Below are positions 37,388 through 49,132 of a DNA stretch of 64,000 nucleotides, piece by piece. Numbering within the stretch: the stretch's first letter is position 1; each line of letters begins with the position of its first letter. Under the pieces are notes generated by a model, which saw only the letters and a list, made by a program, of their open reading frames with translations, was not told the DNA's origin and searched no databases. The translations under genes and the position numbers were made by a program. Location of the stretch: contig JAQGDQ010001012.1 of the NCBI GenBank assembly GCA_030141605.1, positions 1 to 64,000 of the forward strand, given 5' to 3'. This DNA is from Tubiluchus corallicola. Lineage: Eukaryota > Animalia > Priapulida.

Positions 37388-38570
37388 TGTTGGGAGCTAG
37401 TAGATTTTTATGGTGGGGGTGCAACTCTTTACCTCCCAACTCATCCACAAATCTGACTACCCTGTCGCGTCATCTTTTATTCACAATAAAAGGGTTGTGC
37501 AACATACGTGGGCGGTTGTTGTCCTACAATTTTCCAGAGGGCAACAAGGCATATGAACCAAAATTCAACGACACAGGTATAATTAATATATCTTTAGTGA
37601 GGTTGCAATGTCGAAGGGCTCACTTGAAAAACCAGCGGGTCTAAGGCTTGATGTTACGTTTTACGGGGGTCTACTTAGGCGTTATGGTTTTCCATGTTGA
37701 CCATGACATACATAGATTCCAAACATACCAACAACAAAATCTTATATGAAATGGAGGAAAAGATTATGATTATGTTTACTATTTTTATTCACTTTTTACT
37801 CTGTTTAGATAAATTAGAACAGGTTAAATTATCAATAACAGTTTCGCATAAAAGCATAATGACAAAAATGACAAAGTGAAAAGAAAACAAAATGTCTACT
37901 TATCAGTTAACCCTTCCCCTGAGAGGACAAGGACATAGGATAGGAGTCCGCGGACGTAGCTCACTCCAGTCAGTCACAGCAACACATCAACGACTTCAAG
38001 TCTATGGCCATAACAATCAACGGTGATGACGCCGGCTGCAGCACCAATCAAACATGAACTAAGGAATGGCTCACAAGTCTCTGTGGTTGACTCAGGATAC
38101 GTCCACCATCCACAACGTCTGGACACTGGTGGCTAGTCACGCCTTTCCATGTAGTTTAGAATAAGACACATCGCAGAAAGTTCCAACATCTCATCAGTGT
38201 GAATAAAGCTCCATCCACAACATCAAAACTGAAGTAGTTTGGTATCACCACTGATAGTCTCTTTATGTTAGATCAGTCAAATAGTAGATGTGCACAAGTT
38301 TAGTGCTTCAAAGACTCTTATAATCAAGTTTAGGATTTTAACCATTTTTTGTAGAGTAAAGTTAAAGTTAAGAGTTAACACATTTTAGCTGCTTTCAGAT
38401 TCAGCAGTTACACTGTACTCTCCTGGATATCTGTGTCATGCACTTTCCAAGATCATGTTATGCATGGATAGGTTATAGTATATTATGAAAGGAGGGGTGA
38501 TAGGTAAGAAGCCCTTCCCACAGACTATACTACAGCAATATCTAGTTTAGCTATGTGTAAGAACCTTACA
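37388..38570 (-). repeat. 5' LTR of the gag-only element
   Basis: 1183-bp direct repeat of 33921-35103, followed by TSD CCATT at 38571-75. Confidence 0.96.
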
Positions 38571-40345
38571 CCATTATTAAAGCTAAAACGCAGAAATGTT
38601 TCTGAGCTTAGATCATTCTTAGGTATTGTAAATTACTACTCACATTTCTTGCCTGATTTATCAACTACTTTTGCTCCTTTGTACCAGTTGTTGCAAAAAG
38701 GTGTTCCATGGAAATGGTCATCAGAGTGTGACAGTGCACTAGGTAAAGTTAAACAGTGCTTAACTAGTGATTCATTGTTAGTGCACTATGATTTAAAGAA
38801 GCCACTCACCCTGGCATGTGATGCTTCACCATTTGGTGTGGGTTGTGTCATATCGCACATCATGGAAAATGGCTTATTGCGTCTAGAACGTCCGATTGCT
38901 TATGCGTCTAGAACTTTGACAGCTGCAGAGAAGGGTTACAGTCAGATTGAAAAGGAGGCACTTGGCATAGTGTATGGTGTTCAAAAGTTTCACAAATATT
39001 TGTATCTGTGGCATTTTACATTGTATACCGATCATAAGCCTTTGACTACCATCTTTGGGCCAAAAACAGCTGTGCCTACTCTTGCTGCGTTAAGACTACA
39101 GCGTTGGTCTTTAATTTTTATGGGCTATGAATATGACATCCATTACAGGAAGTCAAGTGAGCATGAAAATGCTGATACCTTGTCTAGGTTTCCATTATCA
39201 GGTTGTACTTTAGCAACTGAGTTGGATGTTAATTATTTTTCTTATGTAAATGATTTGCCAGTAACAGCAAAGAGTATCAGTGAAGAATCTCGTAAAGATC
39301 CTGTTTTGTCTAGAGTATGGTATCGTGTCATGAACGGGTTGGCCTGCTGAGGTAGATCAAAATAGTCCTTTAATGCCTTATTTTCTTAGATGCCATGAGT
39401 TGTCTAATGACAATGGTTGTCTTCTTTGGGGGTTACGTGTCATTATACCACCCCGTTTCCAGTCTCAACTACTTGACGAATTGCACCGTGAGCATTTTGG
39501 AATGGTGCGTATGAAAGCTTTAGCTCGTTCTTATTTTTGGTATCCTGGCTTAGATGCTGATATCGAAAATTTAGTAAAAGGCTGTAGTGTATGCCTTAGT
39601 GTTAGAAATAATCCAGTGCGTGCACCAGTAATTCCTTGGAAATTTCCATCTAAAGTGTGGGAGAGAGTGCACATTGATTTCTTTGAGATTGATGGGAAGA
39701 TTTCCTTATCTTGGTTGATGCCTATTCTAAATGGTTAGAGATACAGTATATGCCATCTACAACTTCTACAAGAACAATCGAAGTACTTGGTACTTGGTTT
39801 GCTTCTTTTGGGCTACCTGTTGAGTTAGTATCTGATAATGGGCCTCAACTGGTATCTGAAGAGTTTGAGAACTTCTTGAGATCAAATGGTGTAAAACATT
39901 CTGTTTCTCCTATTTACCATGCACAGAGTAATGGTGCTGCTGAACGTAATGTTCAAACTGCAAAATTAGCTTTAACTAAATACATGATGGAAGCTAACAA
40001 TATACCTTACATGACTATTTGTAAAATGCTGAATAACTTTTTACTTACTTATAGGAATACTCCACATAGTACAACTGGACGTAGTCCAGCAGAACTTATG
40101 TTGCAGAGAATGCCTAGAATTAGATTTAGTATGTTAAAGCCAGATTTAAGAGATGAAGTGTTTAGTAAGCAGGAGAAAACAGTTGATCATGATAAAACTG
40201 TTCGTGAATTCTCTGTAGGTGAGACAGTTAGGGTGAGGAATCACCGTGGAGGTGTGCTTAAGTGGGATATTGGCAAAGTTTTAAAGAGAATTGGTGTTGT
40301 TAGGTACAGAGTTAAGATTGGTTATCAGGTTAAGCATGTACATGT

Positions 40346-42650
40346 AAATGTGCTTAATCAAGGAAGTCCTGTTGATGTCATTTATTTTGATTTTGCCAAA
40401 TCTTTGGATAAAGTGCCTTTTCAAAGATTAAAAAGCCTATGGAGATATATTAGCTTGATTGAAGATTGATTGTTTGGAAGAAAACAACGTGTCATACTTG
40501 ATGGTGTAGAATTTTCTGAACGTTTGGTGACAAATGGTGTTCCGCCTGGATCGGTACTCGGACCTTTGTTGTTCACTTGTTTCATTAATGATGCAGATAA
40601 TGATATTTACATTCACATTTTAAAATTTGCAGATGAAAAAATTGTACAATCTAATTAACTCTGTAGCAGATTCGTTAGTTTTACAGCATGATATTGAACA
40701 ACTATGTAGGCGATTGGCAAATGTTGATAAATGTAGGGTAATGCATTGCGTTTTTGGGAATCTTAAAAGTGATTATGTTATGAATGGAATGACTCTTCGA
40801 GGTACAAATAGTAAAAATGATCTTGGTCGAATAATAACATCAGACTTGAAATTTTCCTAGCAAAGTGTATCCTTTGTTAAGAAAGTAAATAAAATTCTGG
40901 GAATGATAAGTGGCACATCGTTTCTAGACATAAAGAAATTATATTGAAATTATTGGTTTGGTTAGACCTCATCTAGAATATTGTGCACAGCTTTGGAATC
41001 CTCATTATCAGAAAGATATATTGCTTATGGAAGGTGTACAAAGGCGTGCTACAAGAATAATTTTAGGTTGTAAAAATCTGACATACAGATTGAAATATTG
41101 CAGTTTGACCACGCTTGAATTAAGAAGACACTGTGGAGATTGTGATAATCCGTTTGGCCTAAAATGCTGTAAATGTGTTTATGTCAGGATGGCAAGATTA
41201 TCACTACAACACTGGTGCTAACACGCCATAAATACTTAAAGAAACAGCAAGCTTTATTTGATCTAAGGCTGTGGGTCCATGGCGAGTTTCCTTAACGTGA
41301 GAATCTCACATTATCAGAACAGATAGACAAACGACCAATTAGCTATAAACTCAATATTATTTAACATAAGAAAAACACATTTGAGAAATAATAAACAAAT
41401 ATATACTACAAATTATGGTTTAGCTACTGTCTTTAATTTTACCCCGGGATTTTTAAGTGTACCACAAACACCATAAACTGTACTTATCGTGAGTCTCTGT
41501 GCACACGTTGGCTAGCTAGCTTAACCTCGTCACTGTCGCTGTCGACGGCGGTGTGTACTGGAACAGCCTGACGGCAGGCTTCCCAAACGGTAACTTCAGC
41601 GTCAGAAAATTAGGTGACATCAGGCACCATCAACTGATGAATGCACTGTAACAAGTCCGGCGTATCTGAAGGCACTGACAGGAAGACCGACCACAGGCTT
41701 GTTCTCTGAGAACTACCAATAGTCCATTTCACGACCTGGTCTCCTCCACCATAAACGACAAAGTCTCTAGGGGCTTCCTAAATAATGGACAGCCAAGGAT
41801 CACAAAGACTGAGTATAATCATTGTAAAAGTGCTCTGTTTCTGCTGAGGAAATTCCATTAATGAATGCAATATTATCCTTTAAACCAATAATTGATAGAA
41901 CTCAAGTAGAGCAACCATATTGCAAAGCCACACTTTTTATACCCTCTCTGTGGCCTCGTTTTTCCAGGTCAAACCTGTTTGCTCTAAGCTGAATGGCTGC
42001 ATAACATGTAAAGGTTGGTTCATCACCTAAATCTGACCAATCAAACAGGTTATAAAGAGTAGCAGCTGTGAATGTCCTATTTATCATCACTCAGGATTGG
42101 TGATCAAACATGCCAAATAAGGAAGCACACTTGCCAAGTTCATGTCCCTGGTTTCTTCCTTTGATAAACAAAGTTGACAGTAGATGGCACTACTACGCTA
42201 GCTTGAGAGATAATTACATAGAAAAACCAAATAAACTTTTCACTTAGCACTACAAAATTAAACTCATTGGCTCTACTCCGCTTAACTTAGCAAACTTAAT
42301 TGTAGAAATTTAATTAGTACGATAAAATGAGAGCACTATTGTATAGGGCTGTCACAGAGACTTTATTAAAGTTTGTAAATTATTAACTAGAAAAGAAAAC
42401 ATTATGCCAGAAAATTTCTTTAATTTAGTTAATTGTTGATTCTAAAACGAGAAAACAGTTTAAAACTGTTTAAAGAGCGGTCCATCTTGACATTCGTAAA
42501 TATTCATTTTCTGTGAAAATTATGAATAAATGGAATAATCTGCCTGCTATGGGATTGCCCACAAACAACTGCAGTAAAATTTAAATCCTTAATGACAATT
42601 ATTTTGCAGAAAAATATGGGGTTTCTATGAGTGTACTCGCTTAACCTCTA
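40346..42650 (+). mobile_element. Decayed CR1 LINE (RT to 3' end) interrupted by a solo LTR
   Basis: VDVIYFDFAKSLDKVP, GVPPGSVLGPLLF, KFADE, VRPHLEYC, LELRRHCGD; resumes after 42356 and ends LDIRKYSFS...WNNLP. Confidence 0.9.
41141..42356 (-). mobile_element. Solo LTR (1216 bp)
   Basis: TGTGA...TCACA ends and TSD GAGAT/GAGAC. It splits the CR1 frame at GD|L. Minus-strand TATAAAA (~41940) and AATAAA (~41255) give the orientation. Confidence 0.8.
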
Positions 42651-42785
42651 ATTGTGACAATATAACAGTATAATAGGAACTTCAAGATGATCAACGATTC
42701 CAGTTCAGCAGATCTTGGGTGTCCACTTTCTTGTGATGGTTAAAGTTTACAATTCACCACACCCAATATTTCAGTTCGGAGCAGA

Positions 42786-42859
42786 TTAGGGTTAAGATTA
42801 GGATTAGGGTTTTTGCTAGGATCAGGTTTAGGGTTAAGGTTGCACTAGGGTTAGGGTTA
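42786..42859 (+). repeat. Degenerate TTAGGG-like repeats
   Basis: ttagggttaagattaggattagggt...tagggttagggtta. Confidence 0.8.
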
Positions 42860-43089
42860 ATGTTAACGTATTCAAATTGTATGAGGAATTGTATCTCCTT
42901 CCCTTGTAATTTTAAAAGTAAATAGCCTTTTCATCCCACGTTTTCTAATTGATCTAATACATAACGTTATAATTATCAATTCGGTTTCGAAATCTTAAAA
43001 TCGATTCGAATTCGAAAAACAAAAATTTGGTTCGATTCGAATTCGATTTTTGGAAGTGTTTGGTCACCCTTACTATATGATCGGTGTGT

Positions 43090-43327
43090 TTTACCACGTG
43101 GTTTCACCATTATTTATCAGTGCGTCATGATGTGGAATATCCCGTAACACAACATGGCGGCGAAACACTTGTAATGGACGCTTTAGCAGTAGAAGAGCCT
43201 TGTAGTACAATACACGTTGTTACTCGCCCTGATATAAAAGACATTTAGACGCCAGACGGATGGATAGAATACTTAATACAAAAAATTGTTATAAAAAGTG
43301 AGCTGTCCTGGAAGCGAAGAACACAAG
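43090..43327 (+). promoter_or_regulatory. Probable promoter and non-coding first exon of the calpain-15 gene
   Basis: E-box palindrome ACCACGTGGT (~43093-43102), YY1-type AACATGGCGGC (43151-61), local CpG enrichment and a donor AAG|gtaaca at 43327/8. Lies 1.8 kb upstream of the ATG exon. Confidence 0.5.
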
Positions 43328-43563
43328 GTAACAACGTAACATCTTGTTACAGAGTTGAGTTACAGAAATAATTTAAAACAATAAGCAGAAGCATTTTTAT
43401 TGTCATTAAGATCAACATTTAGATTCGCAACAACGATATATGTGCAATGCGCAGTGTCACAAAGGACATAGAGACACAATATTGGTTTACATATTTTGCT
43501 AAAGTATAGCACATAAATACACAACAATTGCAGTAAAAATTTAAACATCTATCTTAATACCAG

Positions 43564-43914
43564 TGTTGGGCGCCGAGTAACCCACTAGCCGAAGTAGTGT
43601 TCCTACATAGTTTCTCTCTTTTTAAAGCATTAGATACTTAGTTTAATGTTATGATGATGTTAATAGAGCTAATAATAATGATGATATTATTGTGAAAAAT
43701 ACATTGTAAATTGGCAAGGAATATCCATCATTATTATAAAGGTACTTTTTCTAAAACAAATTTAATTTTACGTTTCATTATGTCATAATTCTCGACAGAA
43801 ATCGCCGGTGTCCTACTTGGGCTGCGATGTACGACACTGCTTTTACGCAAATTTAGCACATGCGTTTTACCGGCAGTGTCCTACTTCGGCTAGTGGGTTA
43901 CTCGGCGCCCTACA
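43564..43914. mobile_element. 351-bp MITE with TGT...ACA ends and 5-bp TSD (Ginger2/TDD-like)
   Basis: 34-bp TIRs TGT(T/A)GGGCGCCGAGTAACCCACTAGCCGAAGTAG; TSD ACCAG at 43559-63 and 43915-19. Confidence 0.85.
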
Positions 43915-45104
43915 ACCAGCTATATCCTGCGGAAATACAATCACGTGGCAGAAAATTCCCTTAGTAAGTAAGATCTCATAATATCGGATCTCACTGTACA
44001 TAAGCAAGGTTTAAATATATTATTTAAGCCTAAGATTTGACGGGACTTCGAAATTTGCTCGTATTAACCAATAATTTATAACAGCCCTTGTCATAAGGGG
44101 ATTATACTGTATACTTCAGATAATCCTGCCTAATTTATCCCTATATTGTCAAACGTGCCTGATTATTGCGACTCTACTGTATGAATTGTAACCTATTTTG
44201 CTACTTCATAGGGGGATGACTTGGGTGTCTGTATATAATTATAAAGAATATGTTTTGCTCTTCTTGAAAGTTTTCTTTTTTGTATTGAATGAGTTATCTT
44301 GCGAGGTCATCTAGATTTAAGATTTGTGATTGAAATTTAAAGCTTTCTAGAAGGAGTCTGTTTTTTTTTCTCTTAAAGTAAGTTTTATACTGTGTGCATC
44401 AGAAAATGACAAAGTGTTGATCGTGTTTGCATTATTATTACCATAAGTAAATAATTATAAATCTATTAACACAAATGTTTTATGATTGAAATTTTGCACG
44501 CTCATAACTTGCGCGTATATTGTGCACGCATGTTGGACAGTCGTGCATCGCGTGCAGGATGAATTGCTGGGTTTTGGCTTGTAAGATAATTATAATCCAA
44601 TAGTGAAATCTGTTTGTTACTAGTTAATGCGTAATTTACCAACACATTTATATGTCGATCTTATTGGTATGGGGCTGTATGCTACTCTGCAATCTGTCAT
44701 TGTTTTGTCAATCCTTGTCGCAAAGCTCTTCTGTTATTTTTTTTGTTTTTTTTATCCAATTTTTTCTTCTTTTTTACGATTTCTTCTCAGTTTTCTCAGA
44801 CTTGTTAGGGAAAAAAGTCAAAAGATTTCATTTGTTATTTCTAAATTGATTACATTCAGAAATGTTATTTACATAAATATCTGCTTGGTGATGTAACGAG
44901 GAAATATTTTGAGACTGGCTTAGTATTATTATAAGTTTTGCTTAATGGCATTTTGTCTTTCAGCTGAGTGACTGTTCTTGACAGTTCACTGTAACACAAA
45001 AATGTCAGGAACACGGAACGTAACAAAGGCAGGAAACTGATAATAGATTAAACACATAATTTTAATCATGTTATTCATTTCAGCCACATTTTCTTCAATC
45101 TTCA

Positions 45105-45223
45105 ATGGGTACAAATGCATCCGTGTTGCAATGGTATTGTGATGAATGTTCAATGATATGTCCAACGGAGCGGAATTGGTGCAGTAGGTGCAATGCAGTT
45201 CGGAAAATCGTTAGGAAAGGCAG
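45105..45223 (+). CDS. CAPN15: SOL/calpain-15, first coding exon (zinc finger 1)
   Basis: MGTNASVLQWYCDECSMICPTERNWCSRC resembles the Drosophila SOL N-terminus (MGTISSVLQWSC..., from memory). Acceptor at 45082-83, donor gttagt, phase 2. Not in the ORF track. Confidence 0.9.
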
Positions 45224-45474
45224 GTTAGTTATAAATTTTGCCTTGCTCTGATCCTGTGAAGCCAATATAAAATGATCAGAAACATTTCTAAATGCCTAAA
45301 ACAGCCTGGGTCAACACTTTAGAATCTGGGCCCAATTAATGTTGCTCTACATCTGGTCTTAAGAACCTCTTTTTGGCAAAAGTTTAGGTGTGTAGCATAA
45401 AGTGACTTGTGCATTACATGTTCTATTTCTGAATTCTATTTCTGTTCTAACTGTAGGATGTTCTCTTTTATTAG

Positions 45475-47146
45475 ATCAGCTGAGCCTCTTTTGGAGAAAA
45501 AACTAAATGCTGTTCTGTACGGGCATCCTAACACTCACCATAAGTTGAATTTGTTCAGTGTAGATGGAGTGAATAGTGATTCTCTTCACCAGATAGGAAA
45601 AATTGATAGAATTCCTTGTACACCTTGCTATAACGGTCATTTTAATTCGTGTGTGTCAGAACTGCAAACAAAAAATCTAGATCAAAGAAACGTAAATAAT
45701 CAGCTGAATGCAGTGCAGACTCCGCATTATGTGCCTAGTACAAATATTGACCATTATATGAAACAAAATATACAGTTAACAACTGCCGTTACTTCCGCAT
45801 CTGTTAGTGCCAAAGATATAAAGCTGTTAAAGCAAAAAAATGTAGCAAGCAACTTTGAGTCATCAGCTTCTAGTAGAACTGGTTATGAAGAGTCCTTGTT
45901 CAAATCCTTCAATGGCATATGTGCAAAACCTGTTCATTACAGAACTCAAAATATTTGCGTAAGTAGTAATCAAAGTTCTTTGCCTTTGCCTCCTATTAAT
46001 CCAAATTCTGGTACAGCGTTGAGTGAGATGAAGAAGAATGTGCCATTTTTTACATCTGATAACACCAGAGAACGTGCTAAAAGTGTTTGTGCAACTGATG
46101 TTAATGAAGTCTGGGTGTGTCGAAAATGTACATTCGAGAATAAATCTACATCTAGAAGGTGTGCTGTTTGTGAGACCCCACAGAAATGTAATGTTACCAC
46201 AAAAATTCTCAAAAATGTAATTGCGAATCAGTTTGAAGTGCCCTTCAGCACTGATACAACAAGAGTAGGAGAGTCACTGCGTAGGTCATACAGTGTACCG
46301 TCCGCATCCACTGATAGCTTGTTACTAAAAGGTTTTTTATCTTCTGAAAACAGCACTAGAACTGATACTGCTACACATTCAGCTAAAGCATGTTCAAGTG
46401 GTCAACAGAATACAATGACAGATTTCACCTGGAATCCCAGAACTACAAGACTGAAAATGCAACCGATAGATATTGATACTGATGAGACAATAACTGGAGA
46501 AAATGACTCGTGGGTGTGTCAGCATTGTACAAAACGCACTTGCAATCCTGCATGGTCTGATGTGTGTGACACTTGTCGTACTCCCCGTATTATTCATACT
46601 AATGTTGAACTTGAAAATGTCGATAGTGCTTGTCAAAAAAAACAACACAATACCTCCTGTAGTGACAGTAATGTTACACTGGCACATACTGTTTCTGAAA
46701 CATTTTGGAACTGTATTAAGTGTACCTTATTAAATCCCAGTGCAGTTAATGTATGTGCGGCCTGTGGTTGTTCCAAACTGTACAGTGAGTCTGTACAGCA
46801 CAAACAGGTTAATAAGGTTTGGGAGTGCAACCACTGTACTTTGGAAAATCCAGTTCATTTTAATGTGTGTCAAGCCTGCAGTGAACGAAGGCCACGTGTG
46901 CAATGCCATTACCAGGAGACTTTTCAAAGAAAGAAACAGAGTACTTGGACATGTGCAGGGTGTACACTGGTGAACGAGAAAGTAATGCTTTCATGTGGAG
47001 CTTGTGGCCGGCAGAAGCCAGGTGTTCTTAAACGGGAGCCGTCTGAACCAGGACAGCATGCCAGTGACCTGATGGAAGAGTTGAGGGAAGTGGATGAATT
47101 ACAAGCAAATAAAATATGCAGGGAGATCATACAGTTTTGCAGACAG
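45475..47146 (+). CDS. CAPN15: SOL/calpain-15, large exon with five RanBP2-type zinc fingers
   Basis: W-x-C-x2-C-T-x2-N-x6-C-x2-C repeats. Phase-2 acceptor (alternative in-frame AG gives start 45457) and donor CAG|gtgagt. Confidence 0.93.
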
Positions 47147-48782
47147 GTGAGTTTTAAACTTAAAGGAAAGGTTTTTATGTTTAATTGAGCTGCAATCCTT
47201 GGTAACAATTTATAGTTTTAATGTGCAAGTTAAAGCCAGCATGACTAGTTTAAAATGACTCAGTTTCAAACAAAATGCTGACCAGACTGAGAGGGTAATA
47301 GTCACTTTTTAGGCAATTATGCAAAAAATTAAATTGTAACCATGACGGCATGAACTCACATTTTTGGAATTCTTCATTTTAAAAAAATATTTATGATTAC
47401 AGAAATGTTTTAATTAATTATTTTTCTCATTTTTTGCTAGAGTATTGCTAACAATACTTGTGAGTAAAATTATTTTATTTTTATTTTATTTACTCAACTA
47501 CATTTATAAAATACATTTTGTAAAAGGAAATGGCAGCAGACATATAGGCCATAAATATATGCTGGCCATGGAATATAATATACAAAAATTTCCAATATGT
47601 TTACAATTGCAGTTATTAAATCAAATGATTGTGCAGTAACAGTTTCATCGTTAGATGCAAAAGCTTAAAAACTTAAAGGCGAGTGACTACAGAAAAGCAA
47701 AATGTTTGATGATGTTTGGCGCATTAACCATGTCGTGATCAAGGTCGTTCCAGCTTGGGATTTCTCTCTTTAGAAAAGTCTATTTGTGTACACTTAATCA
47801 AGAATAATGCTTAAACAATTTGTAGTTGTGACCTTGTAAATTTTGGATACGAGCATAATAAAAGAAATCACCAAATGACAAATCTACTAACTTATTGCAT
47901 GTTTTATAAACCATCTTAAGATCAAAATTTATTCATCTTATTTCGAGTGGCTGCAAATCTAAGATATGCAGCCTATCCAAGTTATACGTAGTAGTTAAAA
48001 ATACCAAGTTCACAATGTGCAAATAAGCTATGTGTCATTAGTATTTGCTAATAAATGATTGTCGTTAATAGAGGCATGCAATTTTAGATCGTCATCATAT
48101 AGCCTACAATTAGTAGCAGCTAATTCATTAAGTCGTTAATGAATAAAACACAAAATTGGTTGAAGTTGAAGTACACTGCCTTGAAGTGTTCCAGAAACAA
48201 CTGTGCTATACTGAAAAAAATTCCTGACCAACGAAAATTTGTTGGGTACGATTACTTAAAAATGCTCGAATCGATGCAAAAATATTACCAAGAGTGCAAT
48301 TTGATTAAAAGCTTTGAATGAACAACGCTATCAAATCCTTTACTTAGTCATTGTACAGCACATCTAATTGCATATATTTGTCAACACTATCAACTAACTA
48401 TGTGCATGTGGACTTACTTTGAGATTTAGAAATTAAAGTAGGTAATAACAGATAATCTAAAAGTGCATCTTTAATACAAATTTCCATCACTTTGTAGGCT
48501 ACTCATGTTAGTGAAATGGGTCGGTAATTAAGAGAGTCCGAACGGTTACCTTTTCTGATTATTGTGACAATGTCAGCACACAACCGTAGGCAGGCAGGGC
48601 GTGTGTTTGAAAAGAAATTTTTCAGAAATATTTGCTAATGGTATGCAAAGTTGACCAGCGAGGCTAGAAAACAGACCATTGGTGTGTGACTGGTTTTACA
48701 ATTGATTTTTTAAGTGCTTTATAAACAACGTCTGTTGTAAAGCTTAGACTACATTTGGTAATGCCAGAATGAGCCTGGCGCG

Positions 48783-49132
48783 TAAAATTAGGTACTACCG
48801 CAATATTTAGAGTAAAATTTTCTGAAAATGCATTGCGCAAAATGCGAGCCATTACTGCATTGTCTACAACAATATCTTTGTCAAATTTTAAAGAGGCACC
48901 TGATTTACAGTTGCTCAGGCTTACGATTAATGTATTTGAAAAGAGAAGCACTATTATTTGAGTTTAAAATTAGGTACTATCCCATTATTTACAGTGAAAT
49001 TCCCTGAAAATGCATTGCACAAAATACGAGCCTTTATTGCGTCATCTACAACAGTACTTCCGTCAAATTTTTAAGAGGCAATCCCTTATTTATAGTTGCC
49101 CTTACTATTTTAATGTATTTGAAAAATGTAGC
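48783..49132. repeat. Diverged tandem duplication (~182-bp unit)
   Basis: taaaattaggtacta...ctgaaaatgcattgc...aatgtatttgaaaa occurs from 48783 and from about 48965. Confidence 0.85.

Larger units (their letters stand above)
33921..38570 (-). mobile_element. Young non-autonomous gag-only LTR retrotransposon (4650 bp)
   Basis: Two 1183-bp TG..CA LTRs, 5-bp TSD CCATT, minus-strand PBS and PPT, a single gag ORF and no pol. Confidence 0.95.
31174..40345 (+). mobile_element. Decayed Ty3/Gypsy (Mag-like) element, gag-PR-RT-RH-IN, split by two insertions; 3' end lost
   Basis: Gag from 31230 with two zinc knuckles (CGLCLGAH..C, CYKCSKIGH..C). PR VD|TGA, RT (RICGDYK, KIDD), RH (LACDAS, TDHKPL), IN (VSDNGPQ, SNGAAER). 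Frameshifts and stops present. Confidence 0.95.

Noticed and set aside
39711-40469. Apparent integrase-RT fusion ORF
   Set aside because: A chance in-frame junction between decayed Gypsy and CR1 pieces; it stops about 40 codons later.
42980-43050. Possible heat-shock elements (GAA/TTC-rich)
   Set aside because: Spacing is TTCGAA/GAATTC rather than nGAAnnTTCn; more like transposon subterminal repeats.
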